From Zootoca vivipara (Eukaryota), in the NCBI RefSeq assembly GCF_963506605.1, contig NC_083283.1, positions 63,860,001 to 63,924,000 of the forward strand: a stretch of DNA of 64,000 nucleotides, given 5' to 3'. This document shows positions 63,885-64,000 of the stretch, piece by piece. The position numbers and the translations under genes are program-made. Each line of letters begins with the position of its first letter. Within the stretch, counting starts at the first letter, position 1. Under the pieces are notes generated by a model, which was given only the letters and a program-made list of their open reading frames with translations, searched no databases and had not been told where the DNA came from.

Positions 63885-64000
63885 CAGGGCCAGCCCTACG
63901 GCCAGGCTGGGTGGCACCCACAGCAACCGCGCTACACCTGCCCGCCCGCCCACCGTGCAGGGAGGGCGCCGGAGGGATCCGGCGCACCACGGCGCCAGGG
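63885..64000 (+). mobile_element. Left end of a GC-rich DNA transposon, truncated by the window edge
   Basis: Abrupt switch to GC/CpG-rich sequence starting cagggccagccct (CAGGGCC-type TIR). Confidence 0.45.

Noticed and set aside
63885-64000. CpG-island promoter
   Set aside because: Mid-intron position, abrupt start at a TIR-like motif, and truncated by the window edge; a transposon end is more likely, though this cannot be confirmed.

Overview
Vertebrate (squamate, most likely lacertid lizard) genomic DNA lying entirely within the large-intron gene FARS2 (mitochondrial phenylalanyl-tRNA synthetase), transcribed on the minus strand. Two coding exons are present: 51218-51378 (161 nt, class II motif 3 [13 protein letters not shown]) and 35510-35661 (152 nt, start of the anticodon-binding domain; absent from the ORF track). 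I found no preceding or terminal exon, so the flanking introns extend beyond the window. The rest is intron packed with transposable elements: Sauria SINEs, BovB, CR1, L2, L1 and RTEX-like LINE ends, tRNA-Lys/tRNA-Ile SINEs with CR1 tails, a MIR-like SINE, solo LTRs and many non-autonomous hAT and Tc1/pogo-type DNA elements, often nested. It also holds a 40-nt U2 snRNA retrocopy, microsatellites and a 166-N gap. Nearly all supplied ORFs are spurious or TE-derived. I cannot demonstrate a new biological system. The most unusual signals are a MITE family with perfect or nested palindromic cores and a 9-bp TSD, tRNA head-swapping on a shared CR1 tail (including an Ile-GAT head), MITEs stacked on pre-existing TSDs, and a multi-layer TE nest. 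TE family names are from recognition, not database searches.
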